Below, piece by piece: positions 1-11,358 of a stretch of 30,378 bases of DNA. The DNA comes from Octopus sinensis (Eukaryota). Under the pieces are notes generated by a model, which ran no database searches, was not told where the DNA came from, and saw only the letters and a list, made by a program, of their open reading frames with translations. The translations under genes were made by a program, and so were the position numbers. The stretch spans positions 1 through 30,378 of the forward strand of contig NW_021832650.1 in NCBI RefSeq assembly GCF_006345805.1. Reading direction: 5' to 3'. Position 1 is the stretch's first letter; each line of letters opens with the position of its first letter.

Positions 1-96
1 CAAAGCGCGCTCACGCACACAACGCACAAGCAGTCAAACGCAAGCCCAAGGGGCCGACCAAGCCCCCAGCGCGCGCCAAGGCGCGCGAGCGCAAAA

Positions 97-107
97 CATA
101 TATATAT

Positions 108-141
<34 letters not shown>

Positions 142-175
142 ATATATATATATACATACATATATATATATACAT

Positions 176-206
<31 letters not shown>

Positions 207-211
207 TATAC

Positions 212-248
<37 letters not shown>

Positions 249-457
249 CATACATATATATATATATATACATACATATTACATATATTATATATATAAT
301 ACATATATATATATACATACATATATATATATATATTTATATATACATATATATATACATACAATAATAATATACATACAATATATATAATATATTTATA
401 TATATACATATATATATACATACATATATATATATATACATACATACATAATATATA

Positions 458-495
<38 letters not shown>

Positions 496-526
496 TATAC
501 ATATATATATATATACATATATATAC

Positions 527-561
<35 letters not shown>

Positions 562-666
562 GCATATATATATATATATGTATTATATATATATATATAC
601 ACACACACATATACACACGAATATACATGTATGTGTGTATGTACGTATCTTTCTCCCTCTCAATAT

Positions 667-708
<42 letters not shown>

Positions 709-730
709 ATATATATAATATATGCGTACA
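97..730. repeat. Compound (TA)n/(TACA)n microsatellite
   Basis: Direct reading; explains the Y/I-rich ORFs at 34-754. Similar tracts occur at ~3740-4015, 8311-8510, 8950-9600, 12555-12650, 19150-19310, 20300-20430, 21500-22040, 23360-23580, 25197-25310, 25625-25710 and 26440-26880. Confidence 0.97.
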
Positions 731-2058
731 TACAACACATGAACATACAAACACATTGACATAATGTTCGACTGAGAGAAAAAAAAAACAATAAAACTAA
801 AAAACATAAAAACAAATGAGCAATAAATTGATAAAAAAGACCAGAAAAGAACAACAACAATCACATCAGCAATAGCAAGAGAAGCAAAGAGAAGAAATAG
901 AAGAGAAAATAATTAAAAAGAAAAGGAATCACAACAACAATGGTAGCAGCAATAAACAATAATAATAAAAATAACAACAAAAATAAAAATATAATGATTA
1001 TAAAACAACAAAACAAACAAACAATCCCATCGATGCAAGAGAAGAATGTACGAGAATGTTTTACATAACGTTAGCAAGTATGTTGATGAGATGGAAAATA
1101 GAAAAAAAGAAAAAGAAAAACAACATAAATAAAGCAAAAAGTAAAGAAAAACAAAATAAGTAACAAACTTTAACCTGAAGTGAGAGTAATAAAGATTTTT
1201 TTTGTCTTGGCCAAGCGCCAATTTTGTATAGACAGTTGATATAAAACCATACCCTAGTATTTTACTGGTACCTAATGCGAAACCATCTTCAGACCAGACA
1301 CGAATGTTTATGACAAAATAGACATCGCTAAAATATACTACAAATACCAGGTAGTGATGTTAAAGCAGGTGATGTACCCTATCATGATTGAGGTAGGATT
1401 CATATCAGTCGAGACTAAAACCCGGTTTCAATTCCCGGTCATAGTTATTTTCATTTCATTTATACTTGTGTTCCTCTCCGCCTGTAAGTTTGACACATTG
1501 ATTTCAGATTAATTAAATATTAATGAACTTTGTTTAATCATCTATTAATTCAAGGCCAGTTGATTCTGTAATACGGTTTCGATTTCTGCTCAGAGACGTC
1601 CTGAATCACTTCCAACAGTGACAGCATATCTAGTCGTTAAGATGGCGACTATTTCATTGAAAGGTTTCAAGGTGTAGTCCAAATGAAGGGATGAATTTTA
1701 TTCCAGCGAAGAAAACTAAAATTTCTTTGGTTTGATTGACGTTTTCGTGTGAAAGAACTGGCGACTTTTGGCAGCTTTTATTACTGAATAAAATCTCTCC
1801 CAGAAGCAATATATTGTCTGTATATCCAGTGAGATTTTTCATCTCTAATATCAACACAAAGCCAGACTAGCGGCAATTATTTTATTATTTAATTAGACGA
1901 GAGTGATTAACAAGAAAACAGACCTCAGTAGTATTTGAACGTATAAACGGAAAGTGGCGAAGTAGGATCTGAAAACAATCCAGGATAATTTCGGACTTTA
2001 CGGTCCAAAATAGAAAATTTTCAAAAGAAATACTTGAGGGCCCTCATATGCTAATATT

Positions 2059-2273
2059 GGTTTGACATTCCGATACAAGGTCAGCAATTTTAGGGGAGGG
2101 GTAAGTCGATTATATCGACCCCAGTGTTTAACTGGTACTTCTTTTATTGCCTCTGAAAGGCATGAAAGGCAAAACCGACACCGGTTGAATTTGAACTCAG
2201 AACATAAAGTCGGACAAAATGCCGCTAGGTATTCTGCCCATCGTGCTAACGATTTTGCCTGTTCACCGCCTTC
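2059..2273 (-). mobile_element. tRNA-derived SINE (octopus type), near full length, with target-site duplication
   Basis: Minus strand reads GAAGGCGGTGAACAGGCAAAATCGTTAGC...GTTCTGAGTTCAAATTC (A/B-box-like)...AAGTACCAGTTAAACACTGGGGTCGATATAATCGAC. Flanked by CTCATATGCTAATATT (2043-2058) and CTCATAGCTAATATT (2274-2288). Confidence 0.9.
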
Positions 2274-2344
2274 CTCATAGCTAATATTAAAGAACAATAT
2301 TCTATAAAATTTCATATGATGTCATAGATATTATTGGTTATGGT

Positions 2345-2505
2345 TAACATTTATGGTTTTAGGGTTTAAGGCTAGGACTGGGATTAAGGCCAGGTTTAGT
2401 GCTTAGTTTTTGAGATGAGCATCAGGGTTTAGGGTTTAGATTTACGGTTACGGTTTAGGACTGGGAATTACGGTTTAGGGTCGGAGTTCAGGACTAGAGT
2501 TATTT
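2345..2505 (+). repeat. Degenerate telomere-like (TTAGGG/TTTAGGG) interstitial array
   Basis: Repeated GGTTTAGGG, GGTTTAG, GGTTACGG and TAGGACTGGGA (twice). Confidence 0.65.
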
Positions 2506-2979
2506 TTAATGTTAAGGCTGGTCATAGTTGGAGTTCATTCATTGAGACTAATTTGAGAATTTCCTTACAAAAAATTCCTTACAAAAATAAAAACAGGAAA
2601 GCTACAGATTAAAAGCTATCGTTGTGGCCAAATTTCTTTGAACGTGCGAATGACCTGCATCTTTAGCGCATGCGCAAAACCCAAAATGAATCGGACTGGC
2701 AAAATTTGTTTTTAAAACGTTTTTTGTTCCCGAGCGTAAATTTCAGCCTACCCTAACCCAGCTCGATCTAATGTTTGTATTAGTGTTTATCTTAACTCAG
2801 CATTATCAAAACTTCATGGTTTACGTTCTGTTCACGTCGATATTATCAGTCACAGATTGGTCTACTGTATCAACTAACCATTGTATATATATCTAGAATT
2901 TCAACTTCATTTCGTTTATAATCTGAAATATAGAAACAGTACTTTTGAATACAATCGGTAGAAAAGTGAAGAAAATGTC

Positions 2980-3110
2980 AAGCGGAGTTCAGTCTCTTTA
3001 TGTTCAAATCTAGCAGGCTTAAACTTGTCTTTCATCCTAACGAGGTCAATATTTAGACTGAATTTGTTCAAAATATCTGGCCCTGTTTGACTCCTAGAAA
3101 TTCTTATCTA
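2980..3110 (+). mobile_element. Old, degenerate SINE fragment
   Basis: GTTCAAATCTAGCAGG...CTTTCATCCTAACGAGGTCAATA aligns by eye to the body of the SINE at 2059-2273. Confidence 0.5.
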
Positions 3111-3799
3111 AGATATCCACTGTCTAATTGTTTTATAAATATATCGTTTAAATGAAAATGACTAATATTCGTGTCATACCAACAAGAAATTCTTTAAAGG
3201 CTTGTTTATCTCAAGTACAAATTATAAGAGTCAACAGTGAGGCTTCTCCACGGTCACCGAGTTCTACTGAATCGCATTCTAACAACTTTGGGAAATGAAG
3301 GACGTATTAGATACATTTCGTCTGAAACTACAGGCACAAATGTCACGTCAGTAACATCGGCTTAGAGAAAACTAACCTGAAGATCAGCAACAAGAACAAC
3401 TCTACCCTATATGTTATCAAATTTAGTTCTCTAAACATTCTAAACCATAGCTTTCTATCATTATAATAATAATTCTATAATTTTTGTATAATTATAATTC
3501 TATAACCAGAGAAATTTGTCACTGAAAAAAACAACGAAAAGCAAATATTAAACGAAAATAAAAAGAAGAAACCAACAAAAGTTATGAGAAATTTATTCCT
3601 AATCTCAGTTAAACTTGAAAAATCGTCCATTTCCATTCGTACTGTGAGTATGAGTGAGAATAAACAAATTAGTACAAAACTATAACATTATAAAGTCTTC
3701 ATATTTATCAACTACATGCTTCCTCCAACTCCCCCCTCTCACTTATATGTACGGATGTATATACATATATAATTATGCATGTATATATATATGCATATA

Positions 3800-3870
<71 letters not shown>

Positions 3871-4014
3871 ATATATATATATATATATGTGTGTGTGTAG
3901 GTATGTATATCTATCTATTTATCTAGCGTCATCTCTTTATATATATGTACATACATATATATATAGATATATACATTTATACACAGATACATATATATAA
4001 ATACGTGTATATAT

Positions 4015-4728
4015 AAAATATAAGAGGAATGACCACTAAAGTGGATTCCTAATATGCTAAAAATAGACGTCAAATCTCCTTAACACGGAGAGTGTGTTCT
4101 CAAGAAAATTTCAGCAACCGCCAGAATGTAAAAATGAGCAAGACAGATGAAAATATACAAAATAAAACGATTACCTACGTACCATGGTTTCGTCTGTTAA
4201 TATTTACGAATGTAAGTATCTGCAAATTCATAAGTGTAGTCTGTCGCTTACAAAACATAATTTTGAAAACTAGTCACCGATCGTTCACTCGAAAGAGAAC
4301 ATGTATAAAGTTTTGCAAATTATATTTGGGGGTATCTTTCAAATGTCTTCATTTGGGCGCGCTGAGGCCGGAAACAACTCTGCAGTTAATAAATTCCTGT
4401 ATCTAATTTACCGGTTAGACAACAATTGTTAATTTAGAACTTCAATAATGAGGGGAGAAATTGATATTAATCAATTAACATCAATTTAAACCAATGACTT
4501 AACATATTTTAAAAAATCCGAAGATGAAAAATTTTATTATATACAAAATATAAGAGGACTGACCACTAAAGTGGATTGCTAATATGCTAAAAATAGACAT
4601 CAAATCGCCTTGCCACGGAGAGTGTGTTCTCAAGAAATTTTCGGTAACCGCCAGAATGTAAAAATGAGCAAGACAAATGAAAATATACAAAATAAAACGA
4701 TTACCTACGTACCATGGTTTCGTCTGTT
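4015..4728 (-). repeat. Two ~184-bp direct repeats (4015-4198 and 4545-4728), probable PLE-type 3' end
   Basis: Exact 530-bp offset and about 10 substitutions by manual count. The minus strand of each copy starts with AACAGACGAAACCATGGTA, the 3' half of a hammerhead. Confidence 0.85.
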
Positions 4729-4890
4729 CATCCTAAGAAGTATTTATTATACTCTTTCTTTTACCTTACAACCTTAGAAAGTAATGGGTATGCTAGGCAA
4801 TGTCTGAAAATATGATAGGATTGAAGATGCTTCGGTTATACATCTGTTTGATCAGAGTTGACTGATTTAAAATTATAAGCTGAGTCACAA

Positions 4891-4959
4891 TCTATTCTTT
4901 TATTCATTTACTCTATTACTTGTTCCAATCATTTGATTGTGACCATGCTGGAGCACCGC
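4891..4959 (-). mobile_element. Isolated SINE/LINE 3' tail
   Basis: Minus strand GCGGTGCTCCAGCATGGTCACAATCAAATGATTGGAACAAGTAATAG, matching the tails at 8260-8310, 15310-15370, 20445-20500 and 22865-22910. Confidence 0.8.
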
Positions 4960-5044
4960 TTATGTTCACAAGATGATCAACGTCTGTTGTAGAGTAACAA
5001 TTCTGTTCCTGGCGAGACGAACTCGCAAATCCAGTTGTGATTTG

Positions 5045-5290
5045 TAGTTGAAGCCAATCACTTTCTTTTATAATGTGGTAACTCGACTTGCCAGAAATAT
5101 CAGTCAAATCTCGTTCAAATTCTAATCTACCTGCTTAACAAAAGGGAGTACACATTGGATGATGTAGTCCTAGATACAGTTGTCTGGAAATAGAAAGCGA
5201 AAGGATTTAGGCGCGGATATCTTTGATCGTAGGTTTGTTCCATCAAAACCACAACAACACCTTTTGTAGACCTCAGTTACACCACTTCAT
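5045..5290 (-). mobile_element. Old interspersed repeat family (SINE-like), copy 1 of 4
   Basis: CATCATCCAATGTGTACTCCC...GAGATTTGACTGATATTTCTGGCAAGTCGAG matches CATGATCCAATGTATACTTC...GAGGTTTAGCTGCTATTTCTAACAAGTCGAG at 28430-28590. Confidence 0.65.
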
Positions 5291-5990
5291 AAAATATATG
5301 GCTTTCTTTTAATTCTTTCTTAAAATATGGGGGTTTTGGAGCCTTCGAAGGATCTTGAAATCCAAGAGGACAAAGTACGATAAAATGTAGGGCCTGATGA
5401 ATCAATGAAGAAGGTCTGCAAGAAGTAGCTGTCTAAAACAAGGAAGTTTAGATTGCATTATATAGACAAGATGGTCACAGATGGAAATCTTTTGATTTAG
5501 TAATCATGTCTGATCTGAACCCAAGCAACAACAATTTATAAAGTCCTCCGTCTAGTCAAACCTAGCTGCTACTATTATCGAAATATTTCTTCTACCTCTC
5601 CACCTGGGCCAGTCTGTTGCTTCTACCTCCAGATGTTCTCTCTTCTCCAATTAAACTAATATTTTTTGTTTCTTTTTTTTTTCTGCATGTCTCAATTTAA
5701 AGCTAATTGGGGGAGGAATGGACACGGAAACCTTTTATTGTTATCATTGTTGTTTTAGTTTCTGTTTGGTCTTTCTCTGCAGTTGTTTAATCGTTAGTGT
5801 GGTTGCTATTGTTGTTCTTGTTGCCGTTGTTGTTATTGTTATTCCTGTAATTACTTGCAACATTCAGCATCGCGTAGCATTTAATGATGTGATGAGCTGT
5901 TGGGGAGAGCCTGAAGAGAACTGCACTTAAAAAAGCTTACACTGACAGGCAGACAAATAGATAGATGAATTAGATAGACAGACAGATAGG

Positions 5991-6059
<69 letters not shown>

Positions 6060-6081
6060 GATAGACAGATATATATATATA

Positions 6082-6096
<15 letters not shown>

Positions 6097-6112
<16 letters not shown>

Positions 6113-7846
6113 AATAATTGTGTACAGTGCTCAGGTGCACTACACAACTAATCTAAAGTGTATATATAATCAGGTGTAGTTTCGGCGGATTTCGGAAAGC
6201 ATGAGGGCCTTAAAAGATGCAGTGTCATGGCAGTCAACAACTGACGCAGGCAGTTTATTCCATGCTTCAGCAACTCTGAGCGTGAAAAAATGTTTCCGAA
6301 AGTCATGGGAGCTGTATTGTTTTCTGACTTTGTAGGCATGTCCACGTGTGTTAGACACATGGAGATCAAAAAGGTGTTCAGTGTTGTTGTTGGTGAGGTG
6401 GTTGATAACTTTGTGGGTGTTACCAAGTCCGTCGCCAAACGCCGGAGCTTCAGTGAATCCATGCCCAGGGAAACAAGGCGCTCCAGAATATGGTAGGTGT
6501 CTGATGGAGGGTATGCGTTTGGTTGCACGTCTCTGGACAGATTCCAGGAGGTCAATGTTCTGTGCAAGATAGGGGTTCCAAACTGATGATGCGAATTCCA
6601 AGTGTGGTCGTACCATAGCTGTATACAGTTTTAAATAGATGGCTGGAGAGCGGCTAACAAAAGACCTGCTGAGTGATGCCAAGACACCCTCGGCCTTCCT
6701 GACAATCTTAGAGATATGCTTTGACCAACGCAAATCACTGCTGACAGTGATGCCTAGTCACGCTCACAAGAGGATTTCTTGATATCAGTGTTGTGGAGGG
6801 TATGTGAACGCAGGGTTTTTTCTCCCAAAATGCATGGTGGTACCACTTGTCCACAGCCAGTTTCAGTTGCCAGTCTGTGATCCATTGCTGCATTGTGTCT
6901 AGGTCTGATTGCAGAAAGAGTTGTAGACATCAGGATCTGTCCTCTTGATTTCAAGTTACAGCTTGATGTCGTCTGCATATTTCAATACTGTGGCATTCCT
7001 TAAATTGGCATCTATGTCGTTAATGTATGCCACAAACAAGAGGGACCAAGGACAGATCCCTGTGGTACACCCGATGACATCTCATATGGTGTAGAGTGCT
7101 GTCCTAGAACTGTGACTACCTCCTTTCGGCTGAGGATGAAGGATTTCAACCAGTTAAAAAGGTCATCCCCCCACCCATTGCAGAGAGTTTCACCATAAGC
7201 CTTTGTGTGGCACAGAGTTGAAAGCCTTAGCAAAGTCAAGGTAGACAACATCCACCCATGAGCCACTGTCAGTAATCTGAGTAATGTCCTCAAGGAACTC
7301 GACAAGCTGGTCACTGCAGCTGGAGTTAGGGACAAATCCATATTGTGAGGGTCGGATGAGACTGTGAGAGCTCCAGAAGTTCCAGAGTGTTTCTATGACA
7401 CACGATTCCATCAGTTTTGCAATACAGCTAGTAGACTGACTGGGCGATAGTTGACAGGTGATGTGCGGTCGCCCTTTTTGAACAGGAGGATGACACTGGC
7501 AGTTTTCCACTGCTCCGGAGTAGCACCATTGTTGAGACAGTACTGGAAGAAAATAGAAAGCTGGTGTAAAAGGAAGTGCCTCCACGTTTGAGAAGCAGTA
7601 TGTAACTCCATCGAGACCAGGGGAGGCATAGTTGCGCTTATTTTGAAGGTGACGTCGCAGCATTGCAGGTGTAAATTCAGCAGGTGTTATGGAGTTTGCT
7701 GTTAGTGATGGTGATGAAATGGTATTTTGGCTTTCAACAGTGAATATGTTTGCATAGCACTCGGCAATGAGTTCTGCGCATTCCTTGGGGTCGTCAGTGA
7801 TCTGGTTTGTGTGAGGGTTGCGAAGAGGGCCCACTGGAGAGTGAGG
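6097..7846 (-). mobile_element. 5'-truncated, frameshifted CR1-clade LINE (ORF2 RT to 3' end, (ATT)n tail)
   Basis: Motifs YRPVSL, DVVYLDFAKAFNSVPH, SGVPQGSVLGP, YADD (6968-6979), RPHLEFASSVWNPY, LESVQRRATK, TRGHAYK and FFTLRVAEAWNKLP across several frames; ATT-repeat tail at 6097-6120. Confidence 0.95.
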
Positions 7847-7850
7847 TCTC

Positions 7851-7912
<62 letters not shown>

Positions 7913-8013
7913 GAAATAGATAGATAGAGAGATACAAAGATGAATAAATACATATATGTACAGGGAAACAGTCTGATAAACATACTAACAGACAAATCGA
8001 TATATATAATATA

Positions 8014-8307
8014 GGTCCACAGCTCTTCAACGCATCGCCACAAAAATCAAATCTGCATAAGGCGGAAGTAGATGTCTTCAAAAAGGAACTAGACACCCTC
8101 CTCTCCGCAATACCGAATGAACCAACAGCCCGACATAAGGCACAGACGAGGACGGCGGAATCAAACTCCCCTATACACCGAATGGGCCAACAGCTAGGAC
8201 AAAGGCACATACAACAGTGGTGATGCGAACCACCCCGACTGAGGAAATCAAAAAGACCACGGTGCTGCTCCAGCATGACCGCAGCCACATGACTGAAGCA
8301 AGTATAA

Positions 8308-8310
<3 letters not shown>
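8014..8310 (+). mobile_element. 3' end of a second LINE (CR1/L2-group-like ORF2 C-terminus plus 3'UTR)
   Basis: Frame from 8014 reads [37 protein letters not shown]...RTAESNS, the GPxLFN...FKxxLDxxL...PDEP type C-terminus; it ends in GGTGCTGCTCCAGCATGACCGCAGCCACATGACTGAAGCAAGTATAAGA. Confidence 0.8.
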
Positions 8311-8372
<62 letters not shown>

Positions 8373-8410
8373 TAAAAAAGGAGATGTGGAACACGAGTTG
8401 TGATATATAA

Positions 8411-8449
8411 AAAAGGAAATGAAGAAAATGTCAACATTTTCTTCATTTC

Positions 8450-8454
<5 letters not shown>
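8411..8454. repeat. Perfect 20-bp palindrome with 4-nt loop
   Basis: AAAAGGAAATGAAGAAAATG-TCAA-CATTTTCTTCATTTCCTTTT. Confidence 0.95.
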
Positions 8455-8500
<46 letters not shown>

Positions 8501-9021
8501 TATATATTACAAAGAGAGATAGAGAGAGAGAAGAGAGTGAGAGAGAAATATAGAAAACTGGATAGACAGACTTAAGGATACTTAGCTAAATGGACAGACA
8601 AAGAGATAGACAGAGAGATAGACAGACAGGGAGACATACAGACTGAGTAACAGACAGACAGAAAACAGATAGATTGATAGATAGGCACTGACAGATAGAC
8701 AAATAAATTGATAGACAGAGAACGTGTGACTGAGGAAAAGTTAATAGGTGTTGTGGTTAACAACGAAATAAATATAAAACTAAAATTACTAGATAAAAAA
8801 AAAATCACGCGATAACTGTCAAGAGACGGGGAAAGAAAAATGAAAAGAAAACACAGAAGAAGAGAAAAAGCAACAAAGAAAAAGAGAGGTAATTAAACGG
8901 GAAAGAAAAAGGAGAGGCTGTTTTGGATCTGTAATAATATTTACACACACACTCACACATATGTGTATGGATGGATATGTGTATATGCATGCGTGTGCAT
9001 ATCTATTTGTATATATATGTG

Positions 9022-9060
<39 letters not shown>

Positions 9061-9481
9061 ATATACATATATATTATATATATATATTACACATACATAC
9101 ATACATACCTACATATATAAATATATGTGTATGTGTGCGTGCATATGTATGTGTGTATGTATATTATATATATTATATATATATATATATACATATATAT
9201 ATACATATATATATATACATACCTATATATATGTGTGTGTGTGTGTGTACATATGTATGTATGAGTGTATATATTTGTGCATGTGTATATGTGTTTGTAT
9301 GCATGTATTGTGTATATGCACGTGAATATGTATTTACATAATTATGCTATATAAATGTATGTATGTATATACATCATACATATATATATATATATATATA
9401 TGAGCGTGTGTGTATATATATATATGTATTCATACATACAAAGATATATATATATATAGTATATTATATATACACACACAC

Positions 9482-9559
<78 letters not shown>

Positions 9560-9637
9560 CGCATATATAAACACACGTACGCATATGTGTACACACACAA
9601 AAACCACACATATTTCAATTTAAAATGACCAACTCAC

Positions 9638-9754
9638 CTGTGGTTGCTTACCCAGTTGGCTAACGTATGTTGTTGAAACCAGGTGTGACAGTTCACGTGT
9701 TGCTTGTAAGCGTGACTTTACCTCTCCAGCTCTTTCGTTATCAAACACACACAT
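9638..9754 (-). other. Candidate first exon (ATG to consensus donor)
   Basis: 39 open codons MCVFDNERAGEVKSRLQATRELSHLVSTTYVSQLGKQPQ ending at CAG|GTGAGT, with a GA repeat upstream. No downstream partner exon identified. Confidence 0.25.
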
Positions 9755-9777
9755 TACTTCTCCGTGTCTCTATGTGT

Positions 9778-9811
<34 letters not shown>

Positions 9812-9880
9812 GCACACACACGTCTACATATATCAGTATGCGTGTGCATGTATGCATGTATACGTATGCTTCTTGGGGGT

Positions 9881-10140
9881 GAAGGCACGTAGCTTAATGT
9901 TTAGGGCATTCGGCTCACGATCGTAAGATCGCAAGCTCAATTCCCAGCAACGCGTTGTGTCCTTGAGCAAGACACTTTATTTCACGTTGCTCTAGTCCAG
10001 TCAGCTGGGAAAAATGAGTACTACGTTAAGAGTACATGTGTTTGTGGAGTGCTCAGCCACTTGCACGTTCATTTCACGGGCAGACTGTTCCGTTGATCCG
10101 ACCAACTGGAACCCACGTGGTCGTAACCGACGGATTGTCG
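9881..10140 (+). mobile_element. tRNA-derived SINE with CORE-like segment, internally deleted, 9-bp TSD
   Basis: A-box-like TAGCTTAATG, B-box-like GCTCAATTCC, CORE-like GTGTCCTTGAGCAAGACACTTTA; TTCTTGGGG at 9870-9878 and 10143-10151. Confidence 0.88.
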
Positions 10141-10149
10141 GTTTCTTGG

Positions 10150-11020
10150 GGATTATTTCAAGTTCTTTTTTTACAGATCTCAAGCCAGTCCCATACAAAG
10201 CGGCAAAGCTCTTTTGTTAAATCAAGACAACTCTGGGAGTTGTGGTTACCGGAATTGCTTAATGTATGCATATTTGTGAGCGTATGCTGTGCATATGTGT
10301 GTCCGTGGGCTTGGGGATAAACTCATGTCTCGTGGTTGTGCGTGTCTCGTGGTTGTGCATACATATAAACACAGCTATATGTATGCTTCGTTACTGTAAA
10401 TATGCGTACGGGCATATATATTTCGTATGTATATGCGATTGTGTATATATATATTCATCTAGCAATCTCAAATGGAGAATCTCGGAAATGTTTTACACAT
10501 TTTGCAATGTATATCTAATTTGTTCTCTCCTGCTTTTGAGAATCCGAACATTTGTAGGTTTCTATGGCAGTCTGTTGTTACATAGCCAAACGAACCTATG
10601 ATAATAGGTACAATCTGTAGCCTGGATATAACAGGTGTATGCTTCTCATTACTTCACCACAGATGTTCCGCACTTTTTTCTTTTTCTTACGTGGCATTTA
10701 CGTCGACCGTGTAGCTGATCTCTTCAACGGTACAAGACTTTTGCTCCCTGTCCCATATAACTATCAGGTAGCTGCTTTTATTGAAATGTTCCCCCAGTAC
10801 CTATTACGTTTAAAGGTGTGGCTACTCTATAATGTGTCTTTGGATAAGGCCGTCCTTTAGCCTTAGTGACAATGTTATGTCTCATGGGAAGATAACATTT
10901 TGCTGAAAGTTTTAGATAGCTGTTAATTATATGGATGATACCTTCTATGCGCAAATTTCTATTACAACATGACGATGTAAAGCATCCTTATCTCTGTTTT
11001 TGATCAGATAATTAGTTGAC
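10150..11020 (-). mobile_element. Old RLE-type non-LTR retrotransposon fragment (R2/R4/NeSL group), copy 1
   Basis: Broken frames give E.IIHIINS, YLPMRHNIVTK, RYWGNISIK, IVIWDREQKSCTVEEIS..VDVN, IVPIIIGSFGYV and CKTFPRFSI* (stop 10468-10470), all collinear with copy 2. The 3'UTR boundary is approximate. Confidence 0.8.
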
Positions 11021-11124
11021 ATCTCCTATTCTTGGAGAGCAAAGGCGTGTATGTCCGTACGTGTATGTATCTTCGCGTTTGTATGTGCATATATGTATGT
11101 GTGTTTGCAAGTATATTACGAGCG

Positions 11125-11160
<36 letters not shown>

Positions 11161-11164
11161 CACC

Positions 11165-11350
11165 ATGATAGATCGCTAGCCACTACACATTCTTTATTTT
11201 CTCTCTTTGTTTCTTTCTGTGTTCCTTTCTGTGGAAGAGCGTAGGCTCGAAACATTAAAGACTTTTTCACTTCCCGAGGGTTATACTAATACATCTGTTT
11301 GTTGTCTACACCACCTGCCTTCGTCTTTTGATTTTTGGTGAATTCTACCC
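11165..11350 (+). mobile_element. PLE-type 3' end with decayed minimal hammerhead (11225-11260)
   Basis: CTTT-CTGTGGA-A-GAGC(GTAG)GCTC-GAAAC-ATT-AAAG: stems I and II intact, core and stem III mutated. Confidence 0.65.
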
Positions 11351-11358
11351 CCCTGTAT

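Noticed and set aside
1-96. GC-rich start resembling a CpG island or promoter
   Set aside because: Short, scrambled CA/CG dinucleotide sequence abutting a microsatellite; more likely low-quality consensus or decayed repeat.
34-860. Y/I/C/V-rich ORFs here and in all other microsatellites
   Set aside because: TA, TG and TATC repeats lack stops in some frames; no splice or domain support.
1286-1292. CTGAAGA on the minus strand as a hammerhead core
   Set aside because: No GAAAC...NUH or stem I in register.
5890-5917. TGATGA...CTGA as a C/D snoRNA, or CTGAAGA as a hammerhead core
   Set aside because: Boxes only ~15 nt apart with no terminal stem; no GAAA arm.
9881-9950. tRNA gene (also at 2200-2273, 20930-21006 and 25035-25100)
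   Set aside because: A/B boxes belong to SINE heads; no cloverleaf.
10177-10263. 87-nt + strand exon candidate with a strong acceptor
   Set aside because: Probably antisense to the RLE element 3'UTR, two frames are open, the donor is modest and there is no partner exon.
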